From IMG/VR virus record IMGVR_UViG_3300045988_181112: a stretch of 64,000 nucleotides of DNA. One strand, given 5' to 3'. Position 1 is the stretch's first letter. Each line of letters begins with the position of its first letter. Under the pieces are notes generated by a model. The model saw only the letters and a list, made by a program, of their open reading frames with translations. It did no database searches and was not told where the DNA came from. This DNA is from a virus. Made by a program: the position numbers and the translations under genes. Shown here piece by piece: positions 47,590 through 55,840 of this stretch.

Positions 47590-47958
47590 ATGACACACCA
47601 GATCAGATTTGACAACCCGACGCCCATCGAGGATGTACAAAAATATACCGGCAAGATTAAGCCGAGATTTGGCAGAGGGACCGGCGCCGGACTGATGAGT
47701 TGTCCTGAATGCGGCAAAATTGTAGGGAACCTCCTCAATGTTTCAGAATGTCTCGTTATCGGATGGATCGAAACAGAATGTTCCCGCTGCCGCAAAACAA
47801 TTGACTATTCCGGCATCAACGAATACACATTAAATCTCAATGTTATCCCATGCTGGATGAAAGACTATGCAGACGACTTACAGGAACAGACAAAACTATG
47901 GAAAGAACGTACTGCGCAGCACAGAAAAGAATACCAGGACGAATGTCCGTATTATTAA
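47590..47958 (+). CDS. zinc-ribbon protein
   Basis: CPECGK…CSRCRK. AACAGGAGG RBS. Confidence 0.5.
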   Translation: MTHQIRFDNPTPIEDVQKYTGKIKPRFGRGTGAGLMSCPECGKIVGNLLNVSECLVIGWIETECSRCRKTIDYSGINEYTLNLNVIPCWMKDYADDLQEQTKLWKERTAQHRKEYQDECPYY

Positions 47959-47985
47959 GACCCGAACGCCGGAAAGGAAGACATC

Positions 47986-48288
47986 ATGTATTACAGATAC
48001 GAAGCAAAAATAGAACCCGATGAATGGATCGGTGTCTTCCAGATATTTGACCCGGACCAGCGCCGTAAATGGTACTGTCTCCGTGAGCCAAAATATTATG
48101 AAAAAAATCCTGACATCGAAACCAAAGCATGGTTTACACAGCATGGCTATGAAAAATACCATGAAAAGATGGACAACATGCTGTCTATATATAAAAATGA
48201 CCCTGACATAAAAATCCGGATCGTAACAGCTGATACGCTTGACAACATTGTCATGCTTGGCAAGACCCAGTGTATCCAGCGTGTCTGA
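47986..48288 (+). CDS. hypothetical protein
   Basis: GGAAAGGAAG RBS. Confidence 0.45.
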   Translation: MYYRYEAKIEPDEWIGVFQIFDPDQRRKWYCLREPKYYEKNPDIETKAWFTQHGYEKYHEKMDNMLSIYKNDPDIKIRIVTADTLDNIVMLGKTQCIQRV

Positions 48289-48303
48289 CAGGAGGAACCA
48301 GAA

Positions 48304-48666
48304 ATGGACATAAACATCATAAAACTTGCCGGTATCACTCCGGTCGTGATCTGCCTGCTCGGCATGCAGTTTTTAAACACCAGAAAAATGCTGCGAAACA
48401 TATGCTTCATCATCACCGTAATGATGTTTCTTGTATGTGCCAGCGTCGGTATTACCTTTGATTCCCACGCTGTTATTACAGAAACCAATAAGGTACTAAA
48501 CGCAAAAGAGACCGCCTTTGACAGCTTGGAATCCGGCAATCCTATTCCGATCTATGATACGATCCTGGTAGATGATCCTGTGGACGAGCGTATCGAAAAC
48601 GTAAAGATCCGCTGGGATGCGTTCTACCATAACGTCTATATTCTTTACCGGTATAAAGGAGAATGA
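48304..48666 (+). CDS. membrane protein (2 TM)
   Basis: CAGGAGGAA RBS. Confidence 0.45.
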   Translation: MDINIIKLAGITPVVICLLGMQFLNTRKMLRNICFIITVMMFLVCASVGITFDSHAVITETNKVLNAKETAFDSLESGNPIPIYDTILVDDPVDERIENVKIRWDAFYHNVYILYRYKGE

Positions 48667-48667
48667 T

Positions 48668-48862
48668 ATGAAACGTGTAAGATTTGAAACCGTACCCGTC
48701 GGCGGAAAATGCAAGACCGAATGGGACGAAAATATCATGAAGACCGAAGAAGTCCGGATCAAGACCGACAGTCCTGTAAATTACCGCAATGCGGTAAACC
48801 TTGACACCGGCAAACTTCTTTCTATTGATTTTGCCCAATGGGTGTGGATTGAGGAGGCGTGA
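48668..48862 (+). CDS. small hypothetical protein
   Basis: AAAGGAGAATG RBS. Confidence 0.4.
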   Translation: MKRVRFETVPVGGKCKTEWDENIMKTEEVRIKTDSPVNYRNAVNLDTGKLLSIDFAQWVWIEEA

Positions 48863-48864
48863 GT

Positions 48865-49074
48865 ATGCAGAAAGTGAAAATATTTGATGTTGACAATATT
48901 GTCAAACTTCAAAATCAGATCAACGATTTTATTGAAGAAGGGCACGCTGTTGACCAGATATCATGTTCCAGCCACGCAAACGTCTATACCTCACATTATG
49001 TATGTGCCATCCTGTATCATGACGCAGAGACCGGAATGCATCCGACTGTGGAAGATATTGATGTACGGAGGTAA
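48865..49074 (+). CDS. small hypothetical protein
   Basis: GAGGAGG RBS. Confidence 0.4.
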   Translation: MQKVKIFDVDNIVKLQNQINDFIEEGHAVDQISCSSHANVYTSHYVCAILYHDAETGMHPTVEDIDVRR

Positions 49075-49077
49075 CTT

Positions 49078-49767
49078 ATGCAGTTTGTAAAAAATGAAAA
49101 AGGCTGCATCATGTTCACGGATCTTTATGGGATTTCCCATGATACCTGGGAGAAAATCTTTTACCGGATCAACTATCTTGGTTACGGAATGCCGGATATA
49201 GAATCGGTCATCGAATATTTCAGCAAGCCGATCTACTTACAGCCGGACCAGAGCCGGGAAGTCCTTAAGGTCTTCGGGCAGATGCAAGATATGAGTGAAT
49301 ACAGTGAGGAACAGATTAAGACGGGCATCCAGAATGCAATCGACTATTTTGGTATCACTAAGAACTTTAAGCTCGCCGGCTATATCTTAACCGACGGCAG
49401 ACTTCTTAACATGTCCGTACAGGGCTACAACCGTGACACCGACCACAGGGAGATTTCCCATGTATTAGAAATTGACCCGGACAAAGAATCTGACCTGTGC
49501 CCTATCGGTTCCTGTTCTTATGCCGGTATGGTACAGTTTGTCAACTACGGAAACATCCGTCTGTTTAACAATGGCTTCGAACTGGCAAAACGTCCAACAA
49601 CAAGCCAGCGGCATACGATCGCAAGACTTATAAGAGAACAGCCGGAAATTTACGCAGACATTGCGAACAACAAAGGACTGGTTGTTGCCCACTTTGAACA
49701 TTCGTATGAGAACCCTGCTGTCGTCTTGAACGATATTGACAGCTATTTTGATGCCATCAAAATCTGA
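49078..49767 (+). CDS. hypothetical protein
   Basis: GGAGGTAA RBS. Confidence 0.5.
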   Translation: MQFVKNEKGCIMFTDLYGISHDTWEKIFYRINYLGYGMPDIESVIEYFSKPIYLQPDQSREVLKVFGQMQDMSEYSEEQIKTGIQNAIDYFGITKNFKLAGYILTDGRLLNMSVQGYNRDTDHREISHVLEIDPDKESDLCPIGSCSYAGMVQFVNYGNIRLFNNGFELAKRPTTSQRHTIARLIREQPEIYADIANNKGLVVAHFEHSYENPAVVLNDIDSYFDAIKI

Positions 49768-49785
49768 TGGGAAGGAGAATTATCC

Positions 49786-50004
49786 ATGAAGATTACAGAC
49801 CTGCTCGTAACAGCGGAAGATGTAAAAACCGGCACACGTCTTACCGGCTATGTCTGTGGCTGCAAGTCCTGCCGGACCGCCTTCCCGGACGAAGAATATG
49901 ACCACAGCCGTCCGATTGGAATGTTGACACATAAAGAAGAGGTATACGGCAACGTGAGAGTATATACTGACAACATGGAACCTGTACCGCCAGAACTGCA
50001 GTAA
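49786..50004 (+). CDS. small Cys-cluster protein
   Basis: GYVCGCKSCRTAF. GAAGGAGAA RBS. Confidence 0.45.
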   Translation: MKITDLLVTAEDVKTGTRLTGYVCGCKSCRTAFPDEEYDHSRPIGMLTHKEEVYGNVRVYTDNMEPVPPELQ

Positions 50005-50017
50005 AGGAGGAACCATT

Positions 50018-50257
50018 ATGATCGAAGTTGTCAATGAAAGACCTTCAAGGAAATTTGACATGACGCTCAAAAGATCCGAATGGGATGAGATCCGTCCCAT
50101 CGTAAAAGACTTTCAGGAAAAAGCACAGATTGATTATGAGGTCTCAGACTATGAAACAAGTCTCGGCATGGTACTTGTCCAGTGCAGCGCCACGGAAGCT
50201 GCTGAAAAGGCGATCGATGCAAAACTTAAGGAGCTTGGCATCAGCACTCTTCCTTAG
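50018..50257 (+). CDS. small hypothetical protein
   Basis: AAAGGAGGAA RBS. Confidence 0.45.
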   Translation: MIEVVNERPSRKFDMTLKRSEWDEIRPIVKDFQEKAQIDYEVSDYETSLGMVLVQCSATEAAEKAIDAKLKELGISTLP

Positions 50258-50299
50258 GCATCTATGCGCAAAACTTTCTCTTCGCAAAACTTGCCAAAC

Positions 50300-50453
50300 A
50301 GACGCGAAGCAGCGACCCCCACGCAGCGCAGCCTGTGCAGGCGTCCCCCGGACGGCGCCCGGCGAAGCCGGGAGAACGGCTGGGGGTGCGACCGCGGTCG
50401 CAAGCCCCTCGCCGCCACACGGCGGCACCGGTGCGGGCCGGTTTGCGGACAGC
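50300..50453. other. GC-rich island made of consecutive perfect hairpins or palindromes (candidate nick-site / ssi / ssDNA-promoter region or small structured RNA)
   Basis: CCCGGCGAAGCCGGG (50358-50372). GCGACCGCGGTCGC (50388-50401). GCCGCCacacGGCGGC (50411-50426). CACCGGTG. About 75 % GC in a ~46 % GC context, followed by a T-run. Confidence 0.45.
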
Positions 50454-50548
50454 TTTTTAAGTTTTAGCCTTAATTAACATCTTTAAAAAGCGCCGCCTGG
50501 GCGGCGTCGGCAAAATTTTGGCACAACTTGGGCCAACCACTGTTCCAT

Positions 50549-50943
50549 GGCATAGTGACCCACCGGCACTACCCATGGCATAGTGACATCTCAGCATTAC
50601 CACTGGCATAGAGAGTAGTCTGCATAAATCATGGCATAGAGAGCATGTAGCATTAACAACAGCACAGAGATATAAAAGCAAAAGAATGGCATAGAGACTG
50701 TGCAGCAGAAAATAGCATAGTGATACACCGGATAAAAACGGCATAGTGATCCTTTGGCAAAAACCCTCATCATTTCTTCAGACGCGAAGAAATGACAAAA
50801 GAAGGGCTTCTCTACGGACGGCATAGTGATATACCGGCAAACATATCCTGACTACTGTTGCAACACGGTTACCACTGTGAAACATCTACTTTTGCAATCT
50901 CATGCAGCCTGCTGCACACTACGTCCATGCACCGGCATAGTGA
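50549..50943. repeat. iteron array: 9 direct copies of GGCATAG(T/A)GA
   Basis: Copies at 50549, 50577, 50605, 50633, 50688, 50715, 50740, 50820 and 50934. Spacing is mostly 27-35 bp. No coding potential. Confidence 0.65.
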
Positions 50944-51122
50944 TCCCTGCTCCCTGCGTTCCCGGATCAGGGAGCTATCATAAAAAGCCTGCCATTTGCC
51001 GGCTTTACAAAATCGGTCGCTACATGGCGTAAAACATGGCACTCAGACGGCGTGCAGCCTTATTCCGGCCTAACGCCTGATGCTGACAAAAATGGCTGCA
51101 AGACAGCCGGAAAGGAATCATC

Positions 51123-51572
51123 ATGAAACAGTATCTTATCTACGGAACCGTAAAGGACTGGTACTATGCACAATGTGGTCCGGAACCTTTTATAGACAAA
51201 GCAGCTACAAAGGAAGCTGCCGTTGCAAAAATCGCAAAGAAATTCTACGGGATGTTTAAAGAGATCATGGACGGCCTAAACATGACAACCCCGTCCGATC
51301 CTGATGAACTGTGCAGGTTTCTTACCGGCGACAACGACGACAATGAACTTGCCTTTATCAGTGACGATAATGGCAGGGGTGTCAGTTATGATGACTTCAC
51401 ATTCTTACAGGAACATGGCAATCCGGGCTGCAACACGGATTCCGCCACAACCATGATCCTCGGTATCTCGGAAATGGATTCCGATACCGGCGAGATTGCA
51501 GCAGACCCTGTACACTTAAGCATCGACGACCTGCTTAATGCAATCATTGACATTGCCCGCAAAGGTGAATAA
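51123..51572 (+). CDS. strongly acidic small protein (candidate DNA-mimic / anti-restriction-like)
   Basis: 149-aa ORF with many D/E and few K/R. First gene after the iteron / GC-island region. GGAAAGGAA RBS. Confidence 0.45.
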   Translation: MKQYLIYGTVKDWYYAQCGPEPFIDKAATKEAAVAKIAKKFYGMFKEIMDGLNMTTPSDPDELCRFLTGDNDDNELAFISDDNGRGVSYDDFTFLQEHGNPGCNTDSATTMILGISEMDSDTGEIAADPVHLSIDDLLNAIIDIARKGE

Positions 51573-51688
51573 CTCTTGCAGAGCCCTGGGGGTCTCACCC
51601 CCTCAAGTTATCAATAAAATTTTCATGCCATCAGTCCATTTAAAAGATATGGGCTTTGTGGCATGGCAGAAACCAGAAAGGAAACAAC

Positions 51689-52066
51689 ATGATCATACAG
51701 CTTGATACAGGAAACCACACAGAGTTTAAGGGACGTGTCGTTGAGATACACGAATACAGTAAGGACAAGGCAGCGAACATCACCGTCTCTGTAGAAAATA
51801 AATTGAAGAACGGCACAGTCAAATCCATGAACATCCAGACCAAATGCTTCAACCCGGCTATCTACAACAACGTCAGAGTCGGTATGCTCGTAAAGCTCTA
51901 CGGCCATGTGGCACCCGGCAGTTACAAAAAAGATGGTGTTATGGTGTATACGCAGGATCTTGTTACGGATTACATCGAATTCCTGGAATCCAAATCCGTT
52001 GTGGAAGCCAGGGAGGCTGCAAAGTCCGTCAAGAAGAACGAATATGCTGTTGACTTCGGCGAATAA
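51689..52066 (+). CDS. OB-fold protein, possibly a single-stranded DNA-binding protein
   Basis: MIIQLDTGNHTEFKGRVVEIHEY…NIQTKCFNPAIYNNVRVGMLVKLYGHV…GVMVYTQDLVTDYIEFLE has an SSB-like beta-strand pattern. AAAGGAAAC RBS. Confidence 0.4.
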   Translation: MIIQLDTGNHTEFKGRVVEIHEYSKDKAANITVSVENKLKNGTVKSMNIQTKCFNPAIYNNVRVGMLVKLYGHVAPGSYKKDGVMVYTQDLVTDYIEFLESKSVVEAREAAKSVKKNEYAVDFGE

Positions 52067-52085
52067 ACCGTAAGAAAGGAAAAAC

Positions 52086-52340
52086 ATGAGACGTAAATTA
52101 TACGAACTCGCCCTATGGTACATTGGAAAATGCAATAAGAAATGGGACTCTTCCGGCACAAAAGAACGTGTGGAAAAGTTAAAGAGGCTCACCTACCGTT
52201 CCGGTACCGACAACAAAGCCTATCTCGTCTACGGCGCTGCCAGTGAATGGGAGAAATGCACAAGATACTGCGTCATCGACAACGCAGTCCAGAGACTGGC
52301 TGCATACGAAGATGCAGCAGGCCTGAAAAATGACAATTAA
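52086..52340 (+). CDS. small hypothetical protein
   Basis: AAAGGAAAAAC RBS. Confidence 0.45.
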   Translation: MRRKLYELALWYIGKCNKKWDSSGTKERVEKLKRLTYRSGTDNKAYLVYGAASEWEKCTRYCVIDNAVQRLAAYEDAAGLKNDN

Positions 52341-52347
52341 ACACAAA

Positions 52348-52379
52348 TTCCCCGCGGCATCCACCGTGGGGAATTTTTT
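52348..52379 (+). terminator. intrinsic terminator
   Basis: TTCCCCGCGG…CCGTGGGGAA hairpin followed by TTTTTT. Confidence 0.5.
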
Positions 52380-53461
52380 CAGGCTTTCTTTCTGGCAGCC
52401 TTCATATTTCTCTTGTTTGCATACATGGCATCATCTGCCAGCTTAAACGTCGTCTGAGAATCCTTTATGAACTCATGCATGCCGAACGCAAAATCGCAGC
52501 CGGACGTCTGTGCATTAAACAGTTTTGCCGTCAGACGCTGTATCTGATGTCTGGAAGCACTGATACACAGGATGACAAACTCATCACCGCCGGTCCTATA
52601 CAGGTAGCACCCCTGTACCAGGCAGTCAGACAGGCTGACTGTTGCTGTCTTTAAAAGCCTGTCGCCGGCCTCATGTCCATGCGTATCATTGGTCTCTTTT
52701 AAACCATTTAAGTCAATGCTGTAGATTGCCGTAATCCGTCCGGCGTACTGCTTAAGATCAGCATAAAAGCTCGCACGGTTTAATGCGCCTGTAAGCGGAT
52801 CCCTGTAAAACTTGCAGATGTGCAGGTGCAGATAGTAAAACACCATGTCCAGTGCGATCACACCGGCGAGGATACCACGGATCGAATAGACCAGTTCTAC
52901 GAGGGTCCCTATGATTCCGAGAACACCCTCTATTACAATGATCATGCTCTCTGTCTTAGAACCCTTCTCGTAGGATATATACGCCAGATATGCTGCATAG
53001 ATCATATAGCATATCATTGTCACATGCGTGGAATAGCCAAATATTCCACGGTGTGTATTTCCGGCAGCGTCATACCAGAACACAAGCTGCGTGTGAAACG
53101 ACAAAAGCAAAATCCCGAAGTTAATGATCATCGGCAGGCTTAACCACTTATGCATCCGTCCTGTGACATTATAATCCATGATCGTCACCAGACGCAGGAG
53201 GATCAGTATGCGTACATTATAGCCGACCACTGCGAACAGCGTATGTGCTGCGGACGCCAGATGCTCATCAAGCATCTTATAGTCGATGTTGTCTACACAG
53301 ATCAAAATGATCAGAAAGTAGAACATTGGCCGGAAAAATGACGTCAGCACCGGTTCGTATTTTTTATTGACTGCCAGGAAAAATCCCATGAACAGCGTTG
53401 CGACCACTGATAAGAAATTCAACTGTATCAGGTCGGCAACAGAACTCATACTTATCTCCAA
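52379..53461 (-). CDS. membrane-anchored GGDEF diguanylate cyclase
   Basis: 6 or more TM helices, then RDPLTGALNR…YRTGGDEFVIL. Confidence 0.8.
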   Translation of the reverse strand: MEISMSSVADLIQLNFLSVVATLFMGFFLAVNKKYEPVLTSFFRPMFYFLIILICVDNIDYKMLDEHLASAAHTLFAVVGYNVRILILLRLVTIMDYNVTGRMHKWLSLPMIINFGILLLSFHTQLVFWYDAAGNTHRGIFGYSTHVTMICYMIYAAYLAYISYEKGSKTESMIIVIEGVLGIIGTLVELVYSIRGILAGVIALDMVFYYLHLHICKFYRDPLTGALNRASFYADLKQYAGRITAIYSIDLNGLKETNDTHGHEAGDRLLKTATVSLSDCLVQGCYLYRTGGDEFVILCISASRHQIQRLTAKLFNAQTSGCDFAFGMHEFIKDSQTTFKLADDAMYANKRNMKAARKKA

Positions 53462-53466
53462 TCACA

Positions 53467-55332
53467 TCACCTTCTGTCTAACGTGCCACGCTCTATCTTC
53501 ATTTCACGCTTCTTTGCATACATCGCCTTATCGGCATCCACCTCCAGCTGGTGCAGGGTACGCATATCGAAGTACCGCCATTCGGAGACACCGTAGGCAA
53601 ACTCCATACGGATCCCGCTGTTTGCTGTCCTGTTATACTCTTCCTGAGCCCGGAGCATACGCTTCAAACCACCTTCGTAATCAGCCCTTGCATCCTTGCC
53701 GGTAATAAACAGGCTGAATTCATCCCCGCCGACACGGTAGATATTTGCGGAATGGAATGATGTACGCAAAATCCGTGCAGCGGTCTTGATATACACGTCA
53801 CCGATCGCATGGCCTAAATTATCGTTTACATACTTTAAGTCGTTTAAGTCCAGTGATGCATAAATGATGCTCTGGCTGTCGTCGGCCTTTGCTGACAGCT
53901 CTTTGATCAGGGCTTCCAGATCCATCTCGTATCTTGCAAATGCTGACCGGTTGCCAATACCTGTCAGCTCATCCAGAAAAGCAATATCCTTGAATGTAAC
54001 AGCAAGGGACGCCTTTTTATGCTGTGACATATAGCCGGAATAGATGTCAAGCAGGATACCGAGACAGAGAATGGATACACCAATCCGTACAAAGAATGCA
54101 TTATCCTGTGCGCCGTCAAGCATCACAATCGAAAGGTTTCTTGCCACGTCGAGCAATCCACAGACCATCGTAATGATCAGATTGATGATTGTGATGGAAT
54201 GAATCTTCTGGAAATTGTATTCCCTCCGGAAATGAATATCCTTGATAAAAAGATATATGGCAACCAGAGATACAATGAATATTAGAAGATCCGTAAGGAT
54301 CTTTGTTTCATACAAGTCATACCATCCGGCATAGTTTGAAATAGCTGCCATGATGATATAAACAATCGTTACCGGGCATACAATGGCTGCTACTGATCTG
54401 TGACGCCTGTAAGTAAACGTGTCAAGAAATATGGAACCGAAAATCGGCACAAGCATCAACAGATAAAAGCCCATCGTATTCGTAAATTCCGATGTCCCGA
54501 GGACGAAATCAAAAGTCCTCGATGAGAGCAGGGACCAGAATCCCACATCCATGATAAGCAGGCCAAGCGGCATATAAATCTTCTTTGAAATGGCATCCAT
54601 AAACAAAGACATTGTCAGGATAGCATTTGCCATGATGACAAGCACCAGGCTTAAAACAAACCCGATAATTGTCTCACGGACCATACTCTGCGTAAAATAC
54701 TGTGCATTCTGAAGCCGCAGATGACTGATCTTTGATGATTCATATACCGGAAACAGGGCGATGTAAATCTCCTTTCCTGCGTAATCGCCAATATCCATTG
54801 TATGCAGGAAATTACCCGTGCCTTTCGTACCGATTCCTTTTCCTATACCGCAGTAAACACTCAAAGCCTCTGTAAGACCATATGCCTCTGCATTATGGTA
54901 CACAAACCTGTTTAGTGCTGTCTTAAATTCTGTTGTCACAGAATTGTTCTCTTCTGTTACAAGATCGTAATCAATCTGTGTCAGTGGTTCCGATGAACCA
55001 TCTGCGACAAACACTGCGAACCCGGCATCTTTTGTTAAAAATCCAAAATCCATGTTCTCCGGCAGCTCCTTGGGAAGCGTCCTGTGGAATACATACGGTG
55101 TGTATCCATCCGCATTGAAATACTTAAGATCCTGTATGCTGACATCCTGTCCTGATGTATTCTTCCATCCATTTGTGACAGCAATACTGTCACTGCCCGT
55201 ATAAGCTATCAGGTTTTCCATGGAACCTGTCCTGCTGGCTGCTGCCAGTATGATCGTAATAAGCATGAGCAGGATAAAAGACACCATGAGGATATAAATG
55301 TTAATTTTATTTTTCATATGATTACGTTTCAT
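53467..55332 (-). CDS. membrane sensor GGDEF diguanylate cyclase (periplasmic domain plus multi-TM plus GGDEF)
   Basis: LDELTGIGNRSAF…YRVGGDEFSLFI. Start chosen at MKRNHMK (AAGGAGAAA RBS). Confidence 0.75.
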   Translation of the reverse strand: MKRNHMKNKINIYILMVSFILLMLITIILAAASRTGSMENLIAYTGSDSIAVTNGWKNTSGQDVSIQDLKYFNADGYTPYVFHRTLPKELPENMDFGFLTKDAGFAVFVADGSSEPLTQIDYDLVTEENNSVTTEFKTALNRFVYHNAEAYGLTEALSVYCGIGKGIGTKGTGNFLHTMDIGDYAGKEIYIALFPVYESSKISHLRLQNAQYFTQSMVRETIIGFVLSLVLVIMANAILTMSLFMDAISKKIYMPLGLLIMDVGFWSLLSSRTFDFVLGTSEFTNTMGFYLLMLVPIFGSIFLDTFTYRRHRSVAAIVCPVTIVYIIMAAISNYAGWYDLYETKILTDLLIFIVSLVAIYLFIKDIHFRREYNFQKIHSITIINLIITMVCGLLDVARNLSIVMLDGAQDNAFFVRIGVSILCLGILLDIYSGYMSQHKKASLAVTFKDIAFLDELTGIGNRSAFARYEMDLEALIKELSAKADDSQSIIYASLDLNDLKYVNDNLGHAIGDVYIKTAARILRTSFHSANIYRVGGDEFSLFITGKDARADYEGGLKRMLRAQEEYNRTANSGIRMEFAYGVSEWRYFDMRTLHQLEVDADKAMYAKKREMKIERGTLDRR

Positions 55333-55834
55333 TTTCACGTTTCTCCTTCCAGCCTGCATTTGGATATTCCGGTATGACAAAAATATTATCTTCTGTCAGA
55401 TACATGAACACCCAGTCACCGATCATAGCCTCGCGGTAAATATGATATGCTGTCTCTATTTTATAATACGCATCTGTCTCCTCATGATAAAGTATGAACA
55501 GACACGTGGTAAGCCCTATGTCCTCATCTGTCGACATGATCTTGTCCACCAGAAGATAAACAGAACCGTCATGTGTCGTTTTTCTTGCAGACATGACAAA
55601 TATCAATATGATATACACCTGCAGCCAGATCACGCCAAACGTGGAAAGAACATAATCGCCGGTTGCATAAGCAATCGAGGAAAAGATCGTACCAATCGTG
55701 AAGATGAAAAAATAACAGATCAGATTGGACACGAACAGCTCATGCCTTCCGTGTTTTGCATCCTCTTTCGTGATCCGCGGTTTTTCAAAATTTGGTGTCA
55801 CATTTACATTTCTGTAATCGTCCAGATACATCAT
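55322..55834 (-). CDS. membrane protein
   Basis: 170-aa ORF with 3 TM helices. Confidence 0.45.
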   Translation of the reverse strand: MMYLDDYRNVNVTPNFEKPRITKEDAKHGRHELFVSNLICYFFIFTIGTIFSSIAYATGDYVLSTFGVIWLQVYIILIFVMSARKTTHDGSVYLLVDKIMSTDEDIGLTTCLFILYHEETDAYYKIETAYHIYREAMIGDWVFMYLTEDNIFVIPEYPNAGWKEKRENET

Positions 55835-55840
55835 GGTTTC

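Noticed and set aside
50130-50477. Track ORFs 50130..50477 (+), 50144..50428 (-) and 50264..50467 (+) over the GC-rich island
   Set aside because: Translations are Arg/Pro/Gly/Ala-rich low-complexity sequences typical of GC-rich non-coding DNA. There is no RBS, and the DNA is built from perfect palindromes. Called non-coding.
50549-50943. Direct repeats that might suggest a CRISPR array
   Set aside because: The repeat unit is only about 10-12 bp, with irregular spacing. There are no longer repeats and no cas genes. It is better explained as iterons.
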